In this document: positions 1 through 13,399 of the stretch, in pieces
How positions within the stretch are numbered: the first letter of the stretch is position 1
Layout: every line of letters begins with the position of its first letter
Source: Octopus sinensis
Lineage: Eukaryota
Direction: 5' to 3'
Assembly (NCBI RefSeq): GCF_006345805.1
Contig: NC_043004.1
Location: 103,478,001 to 103,542,000, forward strand
DNA: 64,000 nucleotides
Program-made: the position numbers and the translations under genes
The notes under the pieces: generated by a model
What the model saw: the letters and a program-made list of their open reading frames with translations, nothing else
What the model was told of the DNA's origin: nothing
The model's database searches: none

Positions 1-52
1 GTATATATGTATATGTATGTATGTATATGTACATATCTATGTATCTATCTAT

Positions 53-99
<47 letters not shown>

Positions 100-1267
100 T
101 TATTTGAGGGAATAAAATCCAAACCTACAAGGAAAAAGAATTCAATTTAGAAATACTAAATCAAATTCCACACAATATAATTAATATATGAAAAATATTA
201 GAAAAACCCCCACCTTTTTCTAGATGGTGTAATTTAATTATTTATTTTGAATTGATAAAAGGTGGTTTTTTTCTAATATTTTATATATATATATATGTAT
301 ATATTTCAGTAAAAACAATTAAGATTTAAGTGAGTTCCAATGAATTCACATGAATGCGGTACTTAACTTAGATGCACCAGAAATCTATATGGTATTAACC
401 ATAAAATAATAATGTGGGGTGATTATCTAGTATTATGTTTTTGTGAATTAATAATATCGTAATGGGAGGTACTTTTGCAGTTGCTGCTGCCAGACTTGTC
501 TAGCCTGAAGTGGTTTCCGTAACCACCTGTAAAGACGTGGACAGACTTTTTTTTTAAAATCTTGGTTCATGAAACCAAGCCGTGTGCGTGTGAAAGTGTA
601 TGTGTGTGCGAGCGCGTGTAAATGCATACATATGCATAAACGCACGCTCACACACACACACACACACACACACATTATTTTCGTCGAGTCAGTCTCTTGA
701 TAGTCTGTGTTGCTCTTGCGAGGACACAGGGGTCTTCAAGCGAGTTATGACGTACATATGACGTATATGAATATATATATAAACACACACACACACATAC
801 ACATTTTCTATGCAGAACGTTTGTACTTGTATTCAGAACTTTTGTTCTCTTTATATTCTTATATTCTCATATATCAGGAAATTACATCTACATTATTATG
901 GATACATTCATCTTCTCTGAGTATGAAATATCTCCTCATATCTCCGGAAATTACATCTGCATTATTATGGATGGATTTACCTCTTCTGTGAAGCTAACAA
1001 ACTTTTTTAAAAACCTTTTATAAAACTGTGCATCATTAGAGAACTTTTGAAGTCTGCTTACAATCTAACTTTGCTTTTCATGGAACTCTCTTCGATACTT
1101 CATGAGTGTAGCCTCACCCCCTAGGATGTTTGGAAAACTCATATGTGTTTTGGCTGATGAATACGGGACACTTGTATTTGCTGCAATATTTGCAGCTTTT
1201 TAATAAAGCTGTTCTTCGTATGAAACAATTGTACTGAACAACTAATCCATTCTTGTTGCTTTTTTCT

Positions 1268-1342
<75 letters not shown>

Positions 1343-1624
1343 CGTATGTTTTAAAGTCACTGAAGATCCAGCGATTATTCTGGCACTGATTTTCTTTCAT
1401 GTTTCAAGATTGTGCCGTGACTTTGCTAATAACTTACCTGTTTCATAGATTCTGTCGAACACTTTACCTTTTTATGTTCAGTAGCGCAACTGGAGGAGTG
1501 GGAACGAGGGACGCACTCTGTTCCGGTTGATTCTTTTGCAGGGGGGGGGGCATTTTGGGTCTGTAGTATAAGCCTGTGTATCTTTGGAGGTCTGGAGATG
1601 AGGAAGAGCATAAAAGCTACGTCA

Positions 1625-2035
1625 CTCTTTTACTCTTTTACTTGTTTCAGTCATGTGACTGTGGCCATGCTAGAGCACCGCCTTTCGTTGAGCAAAACGA
1701 CTCCAGGACTTATTCTTTGTAAGCCTAGTACTTATTCTATCGGTCTCTTTTGCCAAACCGCTAAGTTATGGGGACGTAAACATACCAGCATCGGTTGTCA
1801 AGCGATGTTGGGGGGACAAACACAGACACAAAAAACCCATACACACACGCACACACACATATATATATACATATATACGACGGTCTTCTTTCAGTTTCCA
1901 TCTACCAAATCCATTCACAAGGCTTTGTTCGGCCCGAGGCTATTGTAGAAGACACTTGCCCAAGGTACCATGCAGTGGGACTGAACCCGGAACCATGTTG
2001 TTCGTAAGCAAGCTACTTACTACACAGCCACTCCT
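1625..2035 (-). mobile_element. SINE family B (tRNA-like head, internal CA/TA microsatellite, tail ...tgactgaaacaagtaaaagagtaaaagag)
   Basis: Closely matches copies at 4948, 34981, 36810, 49440 and 56915; head and tail both present. Confidence 0.85.
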
Positions 2036-2039
2036 ATAA

Positions 2040-2254
2040 TGGTTTCAAATTTTCTCACAAGACCAGCAATTTCGAGAAAGGGGCTCAGTCGATTATATCG
2101 ACTCCAGTATTTAACTAGCACCTATTTTATCGACTCCGAAAGGATTAAAGGCAAAGTCGACATCGGCGGAATTTGAACACAGAACATGAAGACAGACGAA
2201 ATGCCGCGAAGCATTTTGCTTGGCATCCTAACTATTCTGCCTGCTTGCAGCTTT
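2040..2254 (-). mobile_element. SINE family C (core ...ggcaaagtcgacctcggcggaatttgaactcagaac...)
   Basis: Similar to copies at 10845, 12402, 20476 and 29705. Confidence 0.75.
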
Positions 2255-2332
2255 AAGTTTAATATATTAGCAGTCATTTCTAAAATCGACTTTATTGATT
2301 ATATTTGAAATTCTGTTATTCAGTTTCGAAAA

Positions 2333-2835
2333 TCTTTATATATAAAAGTGAGGTTGTGTGCTGTCTGTCTCCTACGATTTAGATTCCTAACTACTCCCAC
2401 ATTTTGCGGTGCATTTTAACCAAAAGCGGGTATCTTATAGTCGTGATTCATATCGAGCCCTTCTGGGTATTAGCGCGCGTCTACGATGAGTCTATGATTT
2501 TAAAAATAATTTACCATCATTTTTTTCCATTTTAATGTATTTTTTCGCTATTATATAAGGGAAGTAACTCTCTAGAAATGTCTACGATGAGTCAACGATT
2601 TAAAAAAAAATTTCCCCATCATTTTTTTCCATTTTAATGTATTTTTTCGCTATTATATAAGGGAAGTAACTCTCTAGAAATGTCTACGATGAGTCAACGA
2701 TTTAAAAAAAAATTTCCCCATCATTTTTTCCCATTTTTAATGCATTTTTTTGCTATTTTTTGGCTATAACTCTCTAAAAATGCTTATATAGTTATTTCCC
2801 TTACAAACCCGAGCAACGTCGGGCGATACTGCTAG
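2333..2835 (+). mobile_element. Non-autonomous Helitron
   Basis: Inserted between A and T; 5' TC (a|TCtttatatataaaag); 3' hairpin cccga-gcaacg-tcggg (2808-2823) then CTAG|t (2832-2836); about three internal ~100-bp tandem subrepeats. Confidence 0.8.
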
Positions 2836-3039
2836 TATTGAATAAAGTATTAAAACATAATTTCTAACTTTCGTGTTAGACTAGAGAGTGGTCTGTTTGG
2901 AACTGTCGTGAAAGTAAACGGAGTAAAATAAAAGGAAATTGAAGAAGTGAAATGGAAACGACCAAGTCTCTGCTTACGTCAAAAAGTCGACGAAACGAAA
3001 ACCATGCAAAACGGGTACAGTATAAACTGAGAAGGGACT

Positions 3040-3166
3040 ACACACACACACACACACACGTACACACACATACGCACACACACGCACACACACGCACACA
3101 CACACACACGCACACACACACACACGCAGACACACACACACAAACACACACACATACACACACACC

Positions 3167-3200
<34 letters not shown>

Positions 3201-3315
3201 CACACGCACGCACACACACACACACATACACACACACATACACACACATACACACACACAGACACACATACACACACACACACGCACACACACCACACAC
3301 GCACACACACACCAC

Positions 3316-3350
<35 letters not shown>

Positions 3351-3357
3351 CACACCC

Positions 3358-3392
<35 letters not shown>

Positions 3393-3498
3393 CACACGCA
3401 CGCACACACACACACACACATACACACACACATACACACACATACACACACACAGACACACATACACACACACACACGCACACACACACACACACACA
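3040..3498. repeat. Imperfect (CA)n microsatellite, ~460 bp
   Basis: Seen directly; explains ORFs 2952-3584. Confidence 0.95.
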
Positions 3499-3899
3499 AG
3501 ATTCCCTGCGTAGTGGAAGTAATGCGTTGTTTCTGAAAACTTACCGTAACGTGGGATTCCGTTTCGCGAAATCAAATTTCTCATAGATTTTCATGCTGTA
3601 TTGAGAGAGCGCACTCCGAAGCACACTTCCAAAAATAAGAAGACATTTATGCATGAAAACAACTAGATTCTTTCTGAACCATCATAGTACAATATGTATC
3701 CATAAAACATTTGAAGAGAAATACGTTAGGGAATAAATAAGAACCATAATATTGTAACAGGGTAGGTTCTTACCACAGAAATTACTGACTACTGTGTGAG
3801 AGGTGGAGGTAACGAAGTGAGAGTTACTGGAGAGAGGCAGGGATGAGGAATACTATCCTCTTTCTTAGAATTCATCACCGTCAGTGTCTGCTAGAGGGG

Positions 3900-5800
3900 C
3901 GAAGAACTAAGCTAAAACTGTTTGATGTTTATGGCGATTCATCTCTTTGTACAGCTCAGTGTTGGAACTGAGTTTATGGCAAACTCCTCTTGTCATTTTT
4001 AGGTTACATTCACAATAACAGCTGTTATCAGCAAAACCTTGCAGATATTTCTCTGTAAGTGCCAACCCTTTAGTAATATTCTTTCTAGTCAATTTAAGGG
4101 GGAGATGGTAGAATTACTGTATTCTTTATCTGCATTCTCTCAACTCGATCTCGCTCCAATAGTATCAACTCCTCGCTAAATAAACTTGCTCTATGGGACT
4201 CTCGCAACTCAAGCGCATCGCCATCCTCTTCAAACTCTACATGATTCGCAAGTGTCACAATATCTTCCTGAATTTGATGTAGAAATCTTGTAAAGTAACG
4301 GTCACAATCTGGCCATATATTCCTCAAGGCATACTTCATGGTTGGGGGTTACACTTCATCTCAGGACTCGCCAACGTTATCAACAGAATCCATTATGTTG
4401 AACTTCTTCCAGAAGTTTCTAACATTAGGTTTATTCTCCTTGCCAATTGCTTTCATACGTTTTTGAATGTTCTCGGATGATATCACGTGAATTTAGCTGT
4501 CATACTTTGCTGCGTCGACTGGAGCAAAGTTGCTGCATCTTGTAAGATATATTCTACTCTCAAATATCGGAAAGCTTATTTAAGTTCATCGGGTGACTAG
4601 ATGCATTGTCTAAAAAAAGCAATACTCAGTGGGAAATATTATGTCATATACTGCACCTTTCTACATCAGGACAAATGTGTTTGCAAATCACTCTTCGGAA
4701 AGACTTCTTATTTGAATGCCAAATCAAAGGTAAACTGAACTTTGCGTAACTCTTAAAAACCCTTGGATTTTCTAGTGATGTACGAAGGGTCAGGGCTAAA
4801 TTTCATATCATCATTGGCATTTCATCTCGGAAAAAACAAGTCAGACGAATTTTGGAAGCTTTAAATCCTGGTGTTGAATTTTCTTCTCGAGAAGCTCTAA
4901 CAGCCGTGAGATTCTATAAAAGTGCAGTTTCAACAACACTGTAATCTTACTCTCTTTTACTCTTTTACTTGTTTCAGTCATTTGACAGTGGCCACGCTGG
5001 AGTACCGCCTTTAGTCGAGCAAATCGACCCCACGACTTATTCTTTGTAAGCCTACTACTTATTCTATCGGTCTCTTTTGCCGAACCGCTAAGTTACGGGG
5101 ATGTAAACACGCCAGCATCGGTTGTCAAGCAATGTTAGGGGGGGGGGAAACAAGCACAGACACACAAACATATACACATACATAATATATTTATACATAT
5201 ATACGACGGGCTTCTTTCAGTTTCCATCAACCAAACACACTCACAAGGCTTTGGTCGGCCCGAGGCTATAATAGAAGTCACTTGCCCAAGGCGCCACGCA
5301 GAGGGACTGAGCCCGGAACCATGTGTTTCGTAAGTAAGCTACTTACCACACAAACCCCCTTTAGCAATAATTTCTTCAGTTAGCAGATTCTGTATATTGG
5401 CAACGGCACCAGACATTTTCATGTTGTACAAATTCAAGCGCTTGTTAAACCTTTCAAATCAGCTTTTGTAAGCCAGAAAAGGTTTTCATTAGAAATTTCA
5501 CCTTCCTTCTTCGCAAATTGTCATACAAACTTTTGAGTTTTTTATGACCATCATACTTATCCACGATCCAAACACCAAAACGTCGTTCTATTTTCAGTAT
5601 CACAGCTCTAAGGAAAAATGAATTCCCAGCAGTGAGCGGAGTAGCTTTTAGAGCGCTTGACTTAACCTTCTCTCTGTTGTCACTTGTTCCTACTGTAGAT
5701 GTTGCAAGCTTTAATATTTTAACATTGAGACAGATATTTTTTCTCTCGCATCATGCTTTTTAGAACATGAAGTTTAATATTCAGTATAGTTCTTTTACGA
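3900..5800 (-). pseudogene. Decayed Tigger/pogo (DDE_1) transposase, interrupted by a SINE B
   Basis: Hand translation of the minus strand gives pogo-type motifs FERFNKRLNLYNMKMSG, PGFKASKIRL, ENPRVFKSY..LPLIWHSNKK, LLFLDNASSHP and C-terminal ELYKEMNRHKHQT; many stops and frameshifts. Confidence 0.85.
4948..5358 (-). mobile_element. SINE family B inserted in the Tigger relic
   Basis: Full head-to-tail match to family B. Confidence 0.85.
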
Positions 5801-6343
5801 TTAATTTCGCACTACTGCCCCCAGCTCAACTCGAAAGTCTCGATCTAGGCCATATCTTAATGAAAGTAGAAGATGCAGAATCATTCTCAGAAATTCAATC
5901 CTTCCGGGCGCTTTTCTGAACTAGAAAAAATCGAGATCTTTGGATACTGACCTCATGAGCGCAAATTCATCTTGACTATGTGGCCTTGTTTCGTTTTAAA
6001 CTAGAGAACGATATACACATAATCTCCACACATTACCAATGTCACTAACATCAATCCTTACTTCTTCGTTCCGTCTCTCCCGGGATATTGTTCGTTAAGT
6101 TGCGTTTCACCTTTTTGTCACCACAATCTAGAACCTATGTGCTGCGAGCGTTAAAGATGCTATCTGCTTTTGGCCAGTATGTCTGAAAAGTCGTCAATAT
6201 TGCCTCGTAGTAATATTCGGCGCGAAGCCGTCGAGAACATTCGGGCCAATTATATGCCATAACTAGTAACAATGTCTGACGATTTAGAAATATACCCGTT
6301 CTATTACTTATATTGAATGTGCTGTTATTTCTGGCTTATGGAC

Positions 6344-6486
<143 letters not shown>

Positions 6487-6833
6487 ATGCTCACACACAC
6501 ACACGCACACGCACACACACATACGCACACACACATACGCACACACATATACAACACATATATATGATTGTGTTTGCTTACATGCATAGATACATCCCCT
6601 GCCCACAGACACACAATCGCATACGCACTGTGCATGCACGCGTGTGTGCGTGTGAGTGTGTATGTGTGTGTGGGTGTGTATGTGTGTGTGTGTGCGTGTA
6701 CTTGTTTTGTAATGTATATTATTAATAAATATCTCTCTGAATCTAAGATTTTGTTTGCCTTAGTTACCTCACTTACCACATGCTGTCTTTCGTTATCACT
6801 TTCTATTTAACTAGCTTTCACACACAAAACATA

Positions 6834-6865
<32 letters not shown>

Positions 6866-7250
6866 GAAATGTGTGTGTGTGTGTATGTGTGTATGTGTGC
6901 GTGTGCGTGTGCTTAAACTTTATTTTCCCAAGGTGAAGTATGTATATTCGTGGGTATTTGGAAGTGGCATCGTATAGCTATCTAGGAATGAAGGCAATCT
7001 TAATTGTCCTATCAGACTAATCTAACAGATGGTCACGGTATTTAGGAAGTAGGAGAAATATTCCTTAAGATTCTGAAAAGGAATTTCTAAAGTACATCTT
7101 TTGTTTGTTCCTTAAACAACCTTCGTATTTTGGTTGTCAGTTAAATTACTGATTAGCTGGGTGTAATGTCTTGGCCTGGGGCCCCATAACTGTAATCTAG
7201 TATTCACTACAATCATCGACTGGTTGTAATCTGAAGCTGATCTTAACATA

Positions 7251-8120
7251 TTGGGTCATCCCATGAATGATGCGGTTTTTTTTCAACTGGATGAACTAAA
7301 AGTCGGAGGGAGGGGGAAGAGATAAACTACTTGCATCAACTTAGTGCAAGTTTTGAAGAATTTAGTTCGATTTTAACAGTTACTTTTTCAAAGCTAATAC
7401 AGAAATGACAAAGGAGCACATTCGACATATTTTAATTTATGAGTTTAATAAAGGCAGCAACGCAGCGGAAAGTGCGAGGAATATTGATGCAGTACATAGG
7501 GATCGGACATAGCGTAAGCCAGTGTTAATGGTGATTCCAGAAATTCCGAGTCGGAGATGACAGCCTAGGAGATGAGCCTCGTCCAGGAAGATCTGAAATG
7601 CTCGACGAGGACGTCCTGCAAACTCTGGTGGAACAAAATCTCATCGTAACTGTTGAGGAACTAGCAGAGTACCTTGGATTTGGTCATTTAATCATTCATC
7701 GATCGACACCTGCATGTCATCGGAAAACGACTATCTTTGGTTTCAAGACAAAAAATGTTCCATCAGGATAATACTTGACAACATATAAAAGGATGTCATT
7801 CGAAAGACTGGAGCAGTTTGAATGGGAAACGATGCTCCACCCACCATATTCGCCGGACATTGCCCCATCTAATTATCATTTATTCCGCATTCTTGAAAAA
7901 ATATGAATTCTGTAGACGAGGTCAGAATAGTACTGGGGGGGGGGTATTTTTCATCACGGACAAGTGAATTTTGGAAGAGGAGCCTTGCAAGTCTACCAGA
8001 TAGATGGGAGAGCATGGTAGAAAATGAAGGAGATCATACCTTAAATTAAAAATGAACTTTGTTTATCTGAATTTTGAAAAATAAAAGCATAAAAACCGCA
8101 TTATTTATGGGAATAGAATA
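7251..8120 (+). mobile_element. Internally deleted mariner element with transposase pseudogene
   Basis: Inverted ends cccatgaatgatgcggtttt / aaaaccgcattatttatggg; ATG at 7405 reads MTKEHIRHILIYEFNKGSNAAESARNI; later DEPRPGR and HPPYSPDIAPSNYHLF (mariner motif); catalytic middle missing. Confidence 0.9.
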
Positions 8121-10079
8121 ACAGTAAATTCTTGTCACCCAAATATGGTTAAGGGAAAAGTTACTTGGTGTTTTGCTACAAGCCTTGCCCCCCCCCTCCT
8201 AAAACGTAAAAAGATGGAGCAATTGCCCGAGAAACAAATTAAGTTGCTAAAACTTTCATCCTGATACAAATAAAAGATAAATTCGATAAAGGAGAAGTCA
8301 TCAATTTAAAAGAAGAAACAGTATGGTGCAGATTTGTATCCTGAATAAACTTTATACTTTATATAATGGAAAAATTCCCCCAAATGCATGATTATTGATT
8401 CCATCCTTTGCAAAGTAAAGATGTTTTACGTCGAGTTAGCTCTGTACGAAAGAAAAAATTGTTAACAAAAATGGAAGTAGGCAAAACGGGCTAATCAAAA
8501 TTCGTCGGGCGCTTATTTGTCAGCGTCTGACAATTAGGTATGAAGCGAGTTTTTTGTTTATCCTCGGAGCTGAGACTAGAACACTTTTAGAAACAGTCGT
8601 CTCTGCTGCGGTCTGTCACTCTCTCTTCTCCTCTTTCTCGGAGAAGAAAGCTCTTAAGTAGCTGTTACTGCTACATGTACGCGAAAGAGCTGGGCTTTTT
8701 CCCCGACACCATCAGTGTCGTAACATTTTTCTGGCGTATGAAATTTGACGTAAATCCTCTCTACGACGACAAATACACAATTAGCAGAGCGCGATATGCC
8801 GTAAAACACGGGTTGAATTTATTCATTAGAGCAATATTTTAACAGTACGTATGTCTCCGTCTGATTCACAATAAGACAAGAATAATAAAAAATGAAAAGT
8901 ACACAAAAATGCAGAAATTCAAAATTTCAACGAGTCTATTTTGCGCTCCTTCCCAGACGACAGTGACGTCAAGTTTCGTTTGTTTGTAACCAATTAAAAA
9001 AAAAGGAGAAAAGAAAATGAGGAGAGAGAAATTTTTAACCAAAACGTTTTGTATCAATTTGATGGAACTTTCCTGTCATTTTGCTCGTTTCCCCACCCTC
9101 CCTTATTAGAGCTGAACGCTATGTAGTTTTACAAATATAATTGTCTTCATGTGGTTTGAGGACAGAACTTAATAAAATAATTTTGGAAATAGGAAAAAAA
9201 TAACTCAATTTTATAAATGACATCGAATCTAAAATATTGCAGCAAAAGCAAAGAACTCTTGTATTTTATGGCTTTTCAAAACTGCACAAAATAATCAGAA
9301 AAATTTCTTCCGCTGCGCTCACCAGCAGCGGGTATGAATGTTGTACGGCCAAAATTTCGAAGCGGTTGGATGGTTTTCTTCTCCCTGTTGGGGGTGGGGG
9401 ATGCTTTTGATTTTGTTTCCAAAATTAAGCACCGAAATAGTTTCGGAAACTGATTTTAGTAAAGAAGTGAAAGCGAGCATGGACACACTTGAAAAACAGC
9501 CAAACTAAAGTATTCCACATAATTTCTTATGCAAATTATAGAGGTATGTATTACAAGGCAATACAATGAAGTTTTGACAAAAATTTTACCATCCGACGAA
9601 GAAATGTGTCATAGGTACTAACCGCCATGACAGTTAATTCTGCTGATGTCAACATAACAAAATTCGAGCTATAGTTACCAGAGACATTCAAATCATTGCT
9701 AGTTCATAAACCAGTTACTTTGGTTACGGTTGCGTGATGACGTCTTTTTCGTTTGGGAAGGAACGAAAGACAATCTTTTAATTATTACATTTTTGCTCTG
9801 GTGAAGGAAAGGGAAGAGAAATGGCTGGAATGTTCTATCAGATTTATAGAAAACTTTTAAAATAGGACAAATAAGTGTATTACTCTTTCTTGTTTTCTTT
9901 TCTTTTTTTCTGTTTTTCTTTTTACTTTTTCGTTTTCTTTTCTTGTTCTAAACAGTTTCGAATTAACGAAACTTGAAGTCCCCCTTTTTTTTTTGGTCTA
10001 GGAAGGAACGCAAGATTATGAATAACACGAAAGAAATTGTATAGTGCTCAGGTGCATTACAACTAAGAGAAAAAAAAGC

Positions 10080-10450
10080 CATCAGGTCTACTTTTGGTGG
10101 ATTGCAGGAGACATGGAAGTTTTGAAGGATGTAGTGTCACGACAGCTAACGACTGATGCGGGTAGTTTATTCTATGCTTCAACAATTCTGAGCGTGAAAA
10201 AATGTTTCCGAAGGTCATGGGTGCTATGTTGATTCTTGATTTTATAAGCATGTCCGCGAGTGTTTGTCATATGGAACTCAATAAGGTGCCCAAGGTTGTT
10301 GTTGGAAAGAGGGTGGATAATCTTGTGGGTGTCTACCAAGTCAGTTGCCTGACGTCTGAGCTTCTGTGTGTCCATGCCTAGGGAAACAAGACGTTCAGAG
10401 TATGGCAGATGCCTAACGATGGGTATTCGTTCTGTTGCACGATTCCGAAC
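10080..10450 (-). mobile_element. CR1-type LINE 3' fragment
   Basis: Minus strand reads ..SERLVSLGMDTQKLRRQATDLVDTHKII..TRGHAYKIK..RKHFFTLRIVEA*NKLPASVV, the typical CR1 ORF2 C-terminus. Confidence 0.85.
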
Positions 10451-10569
10451 AGTTTCCAGGATATTTATATGCTGAGCGATCTAGGTGAGTTTTTAAATTT
10501 TTGTATTTGTAAGTATTATTGTGTTTTATTTTGGATCTGGGATCGACAGGCGTACTTTTTCATATATTG

Positions 10570-11055
10570 TTTACTTGTTTCGGTGTTTTGAACTGCGGCC
10601 ATGCTGGGGTACCGCCTTGAAGTGTTTGGTCGAACCCCAGGACTTATTTTTAGTCTGGAACTTATTCTGTCGGTCCTCTTTTTGCCGCAGTGCTAAGTTA
10701 CGGAGATGTAAACAAACCAACATACATTACGGGATTTCACGCCGTTTTCAACCACCAAATTCACTCTCAAGGTACTGCCCAGCCCGGAGCTATAGTAGAA
10801 AGTACTTGCCAAAAGTGCTGCGTAGTGGGACTGGACCCAAAATTCTCTACTATTGGCACAAGGCCTGGAATTTGGGGAGGCGGATAGTCGATTACATCGA
10901 CTCCAGTTTTCGACTGGTACGTTTTTCATCGACCCCGAAAAGATGAAAAGCAAAGACGACCTCGGCGGAATTTGAACTCAGAACGTAAAGACGAACGAAA
11001 TGCCATTAAGCATTTCGCCCGGCGTGCTAACGATTCTGCCAGCTCGCCGCCTTAA
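10570..11055 (-). mobile_element. Partial SINE B (~10570-10840) abutting a SINE C (~10845-11055)
   Basis: Similarity to other copies in the window. Confidence 0.7.
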
Positions 11056-11105
11056 TAATAGTGGTGATGATGATGATGATGACTGCCATCAATTTTCACA
11101 CGACT

Positions 11106-11484
11106 GGCACTCCGTCGGTTACGACGACGAAGGTTCCAGTTGATCCGATCAACGGAACAGCCTGCTCGTGATATTAACGTGCAAGTGGCTGAGCACTCCA
11201 CAGACATGTGTACCCTTAACGTAGTTCTCGGGGAGATTCAGCGTGACACAGAGTGTGACAAGGTTGGTCCCTTTGAAATACAGGTACAACCGAAACAAGA
11301 AGAAAGAGTGAGAGAAAGTTGCGGTGAAAGAGTACAGCAGGGTTCACCACCACCACCTGCGGGAGCCTCGTGGAGCTTTAGGTGTTTTCGCTCAATAAAC
11401 ACTCACAACGCCCGGTCTGGGAATCGAAACCGCAATCCTAAGACCTCGAGTCCGCTGCCCTAACCACTGGGCCATTGCACCTCC
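11106..11484 (-). mobile_element. SINE family A (head ggaggcgcaatggcccagtggttagggcagcggactc..., tail cgtcgtaaccgacggagtgc)
   Basis: A- and B-box-like head; matches copies at 16860, 23043, 25088 and 31165. Confidence 0.85.
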
Positions 11485-12024
11485 AATTTTGACATATGAA
11501 TGTTTGAAGGGGAGGATTGAGAGAAAAAAAAGATAAAAATGGCAAAAAAAATCTTTAAAAGTAAAAGTAGCTGCATCTATTTGCGATGGATTCTTGAATG
11601 TAATTTGAGTCCAGGAATGGATTTTGCTATGAAGTCACAATGAGAACAATGGGGATTTTGATTTTGATTGGGATTGGACAAATGCATTTGTTGATTGCAG
11701 GATATAATTCTTTTATTGCTTTGTTTCTTCAACTCAAATAATAATAATATGGCTTCTGATCTTAACTGATTGGAAGTGCTATCATGTACGTTGTTTTGTC
11801 TTCGTATAAAAGGTGGGCTACAGAAAATATTCTGTTCAATACCACAGATTTGATTATCAGTTGCTTGACCTTCACCAGTTGAGCATGTGTATCTCTGATC
11901 ACGTGGAGAAGTAGTGAGGGAGCATCATAACCATATGTTGAGAGGAATTCTTTAGGGTTTGAATAATTCACTTCTGGAAACATGGATGTTTCGTTCAACA
12001 TTCTTAAACAACCTTTATTCAGGG

Positions 12025-12400
<376 letters not shown>

Positions 12401-12401
12401 T

Positions 12402-12612
12402 GTTAATAGTGGTTTCAAATTTTGCCACAAGGGCAGCAGTTTTGGAGGAGGGGATGAGTCGTTTACATCGACCCCAGTGTTCAACTGGTACTTATTTTAT
12501 CGACCCCGAAAGGACAAAAGGTAAAGTCGACCTCAGCAGAATTGGAACTCAGAATGTAAAGCCGGAAGAAATACTGCTACGCGATTTGTACCAAACTCTA
12601 AGAATTCTGCTG
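12402..12612 (-). mobile_element. SINE family C
   Basis: Family C core present. Confidence 0.75.
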
Positions 12613-13107
12613 TAATACTAATCATAGCAGTTTCACATTATTTACTAATGTGAAGAAATAGGTAACACGCACAAACACACACACAGACACATACACATAC
12701 ACACATACACACTGTATATACACAAGCAAACGTCTGCGTCTGTGAATGTGTGTGTGAGAGAGAGAGAGACCTTATGTGTCAGTGTGAGCAGGCGTATGTG
12801 TGTGTGTTTGCGCTCTTTGCATAATTGTGTGTTTATATATCCTGTTACGATGTTTAATGTTAAGTATCAGGACATTGTGGTATGGAGTGAGGGAAAGAGA
12901 AAGAACAGGAAGTGTTATTTGTTATTGTGTTATGGAGACAATTAGGAGCATTGCAAGAATTCCATGGGCCATTGATGAAATTTCATACTTACACGCAACT
13001 ATTATTATTTTGTAGCATCCATCTGCCTAAATATATCCGTCATCCTACATAGCAACAAACTCACCTATCCATTGTGTATCCATTCATCTGTAATATTTAT
13101 CTGCTTG

Positions 13108-13173
<66 letters not shown>

Positions 13174-13399
13174 CATATGATATTATATTATATGAGAAGA
13201 GCAAGAATATGGCAAGAATCCATATCATACATTATCATATACAATAACAGGCTTTTATCACCCTCCATTCTTCTACTGGCTTATCTTGGCCTGGTTGTCA
13301 AATTCGTTGTCACTGGACGAGTTGTAATGTTCTATGCACTGCGATTCATACTTAGAGAAATGACTGATATTTATTCCTACAACACAATGGATAGAGAAT

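Noticed and set aside
448-1611. Possible minus-strand exons (acceptor at ~530, donor-like site at ~1437)
   Set aside because: Frames contain stops, no homology recognised, and the 1552 motif links the region to a hAT-like repeat.
2952-3584. ORFs of 150-200 aa (poly-HT, poly-CV)
   Set aside because: Translations of a (CA)n microsatellite.
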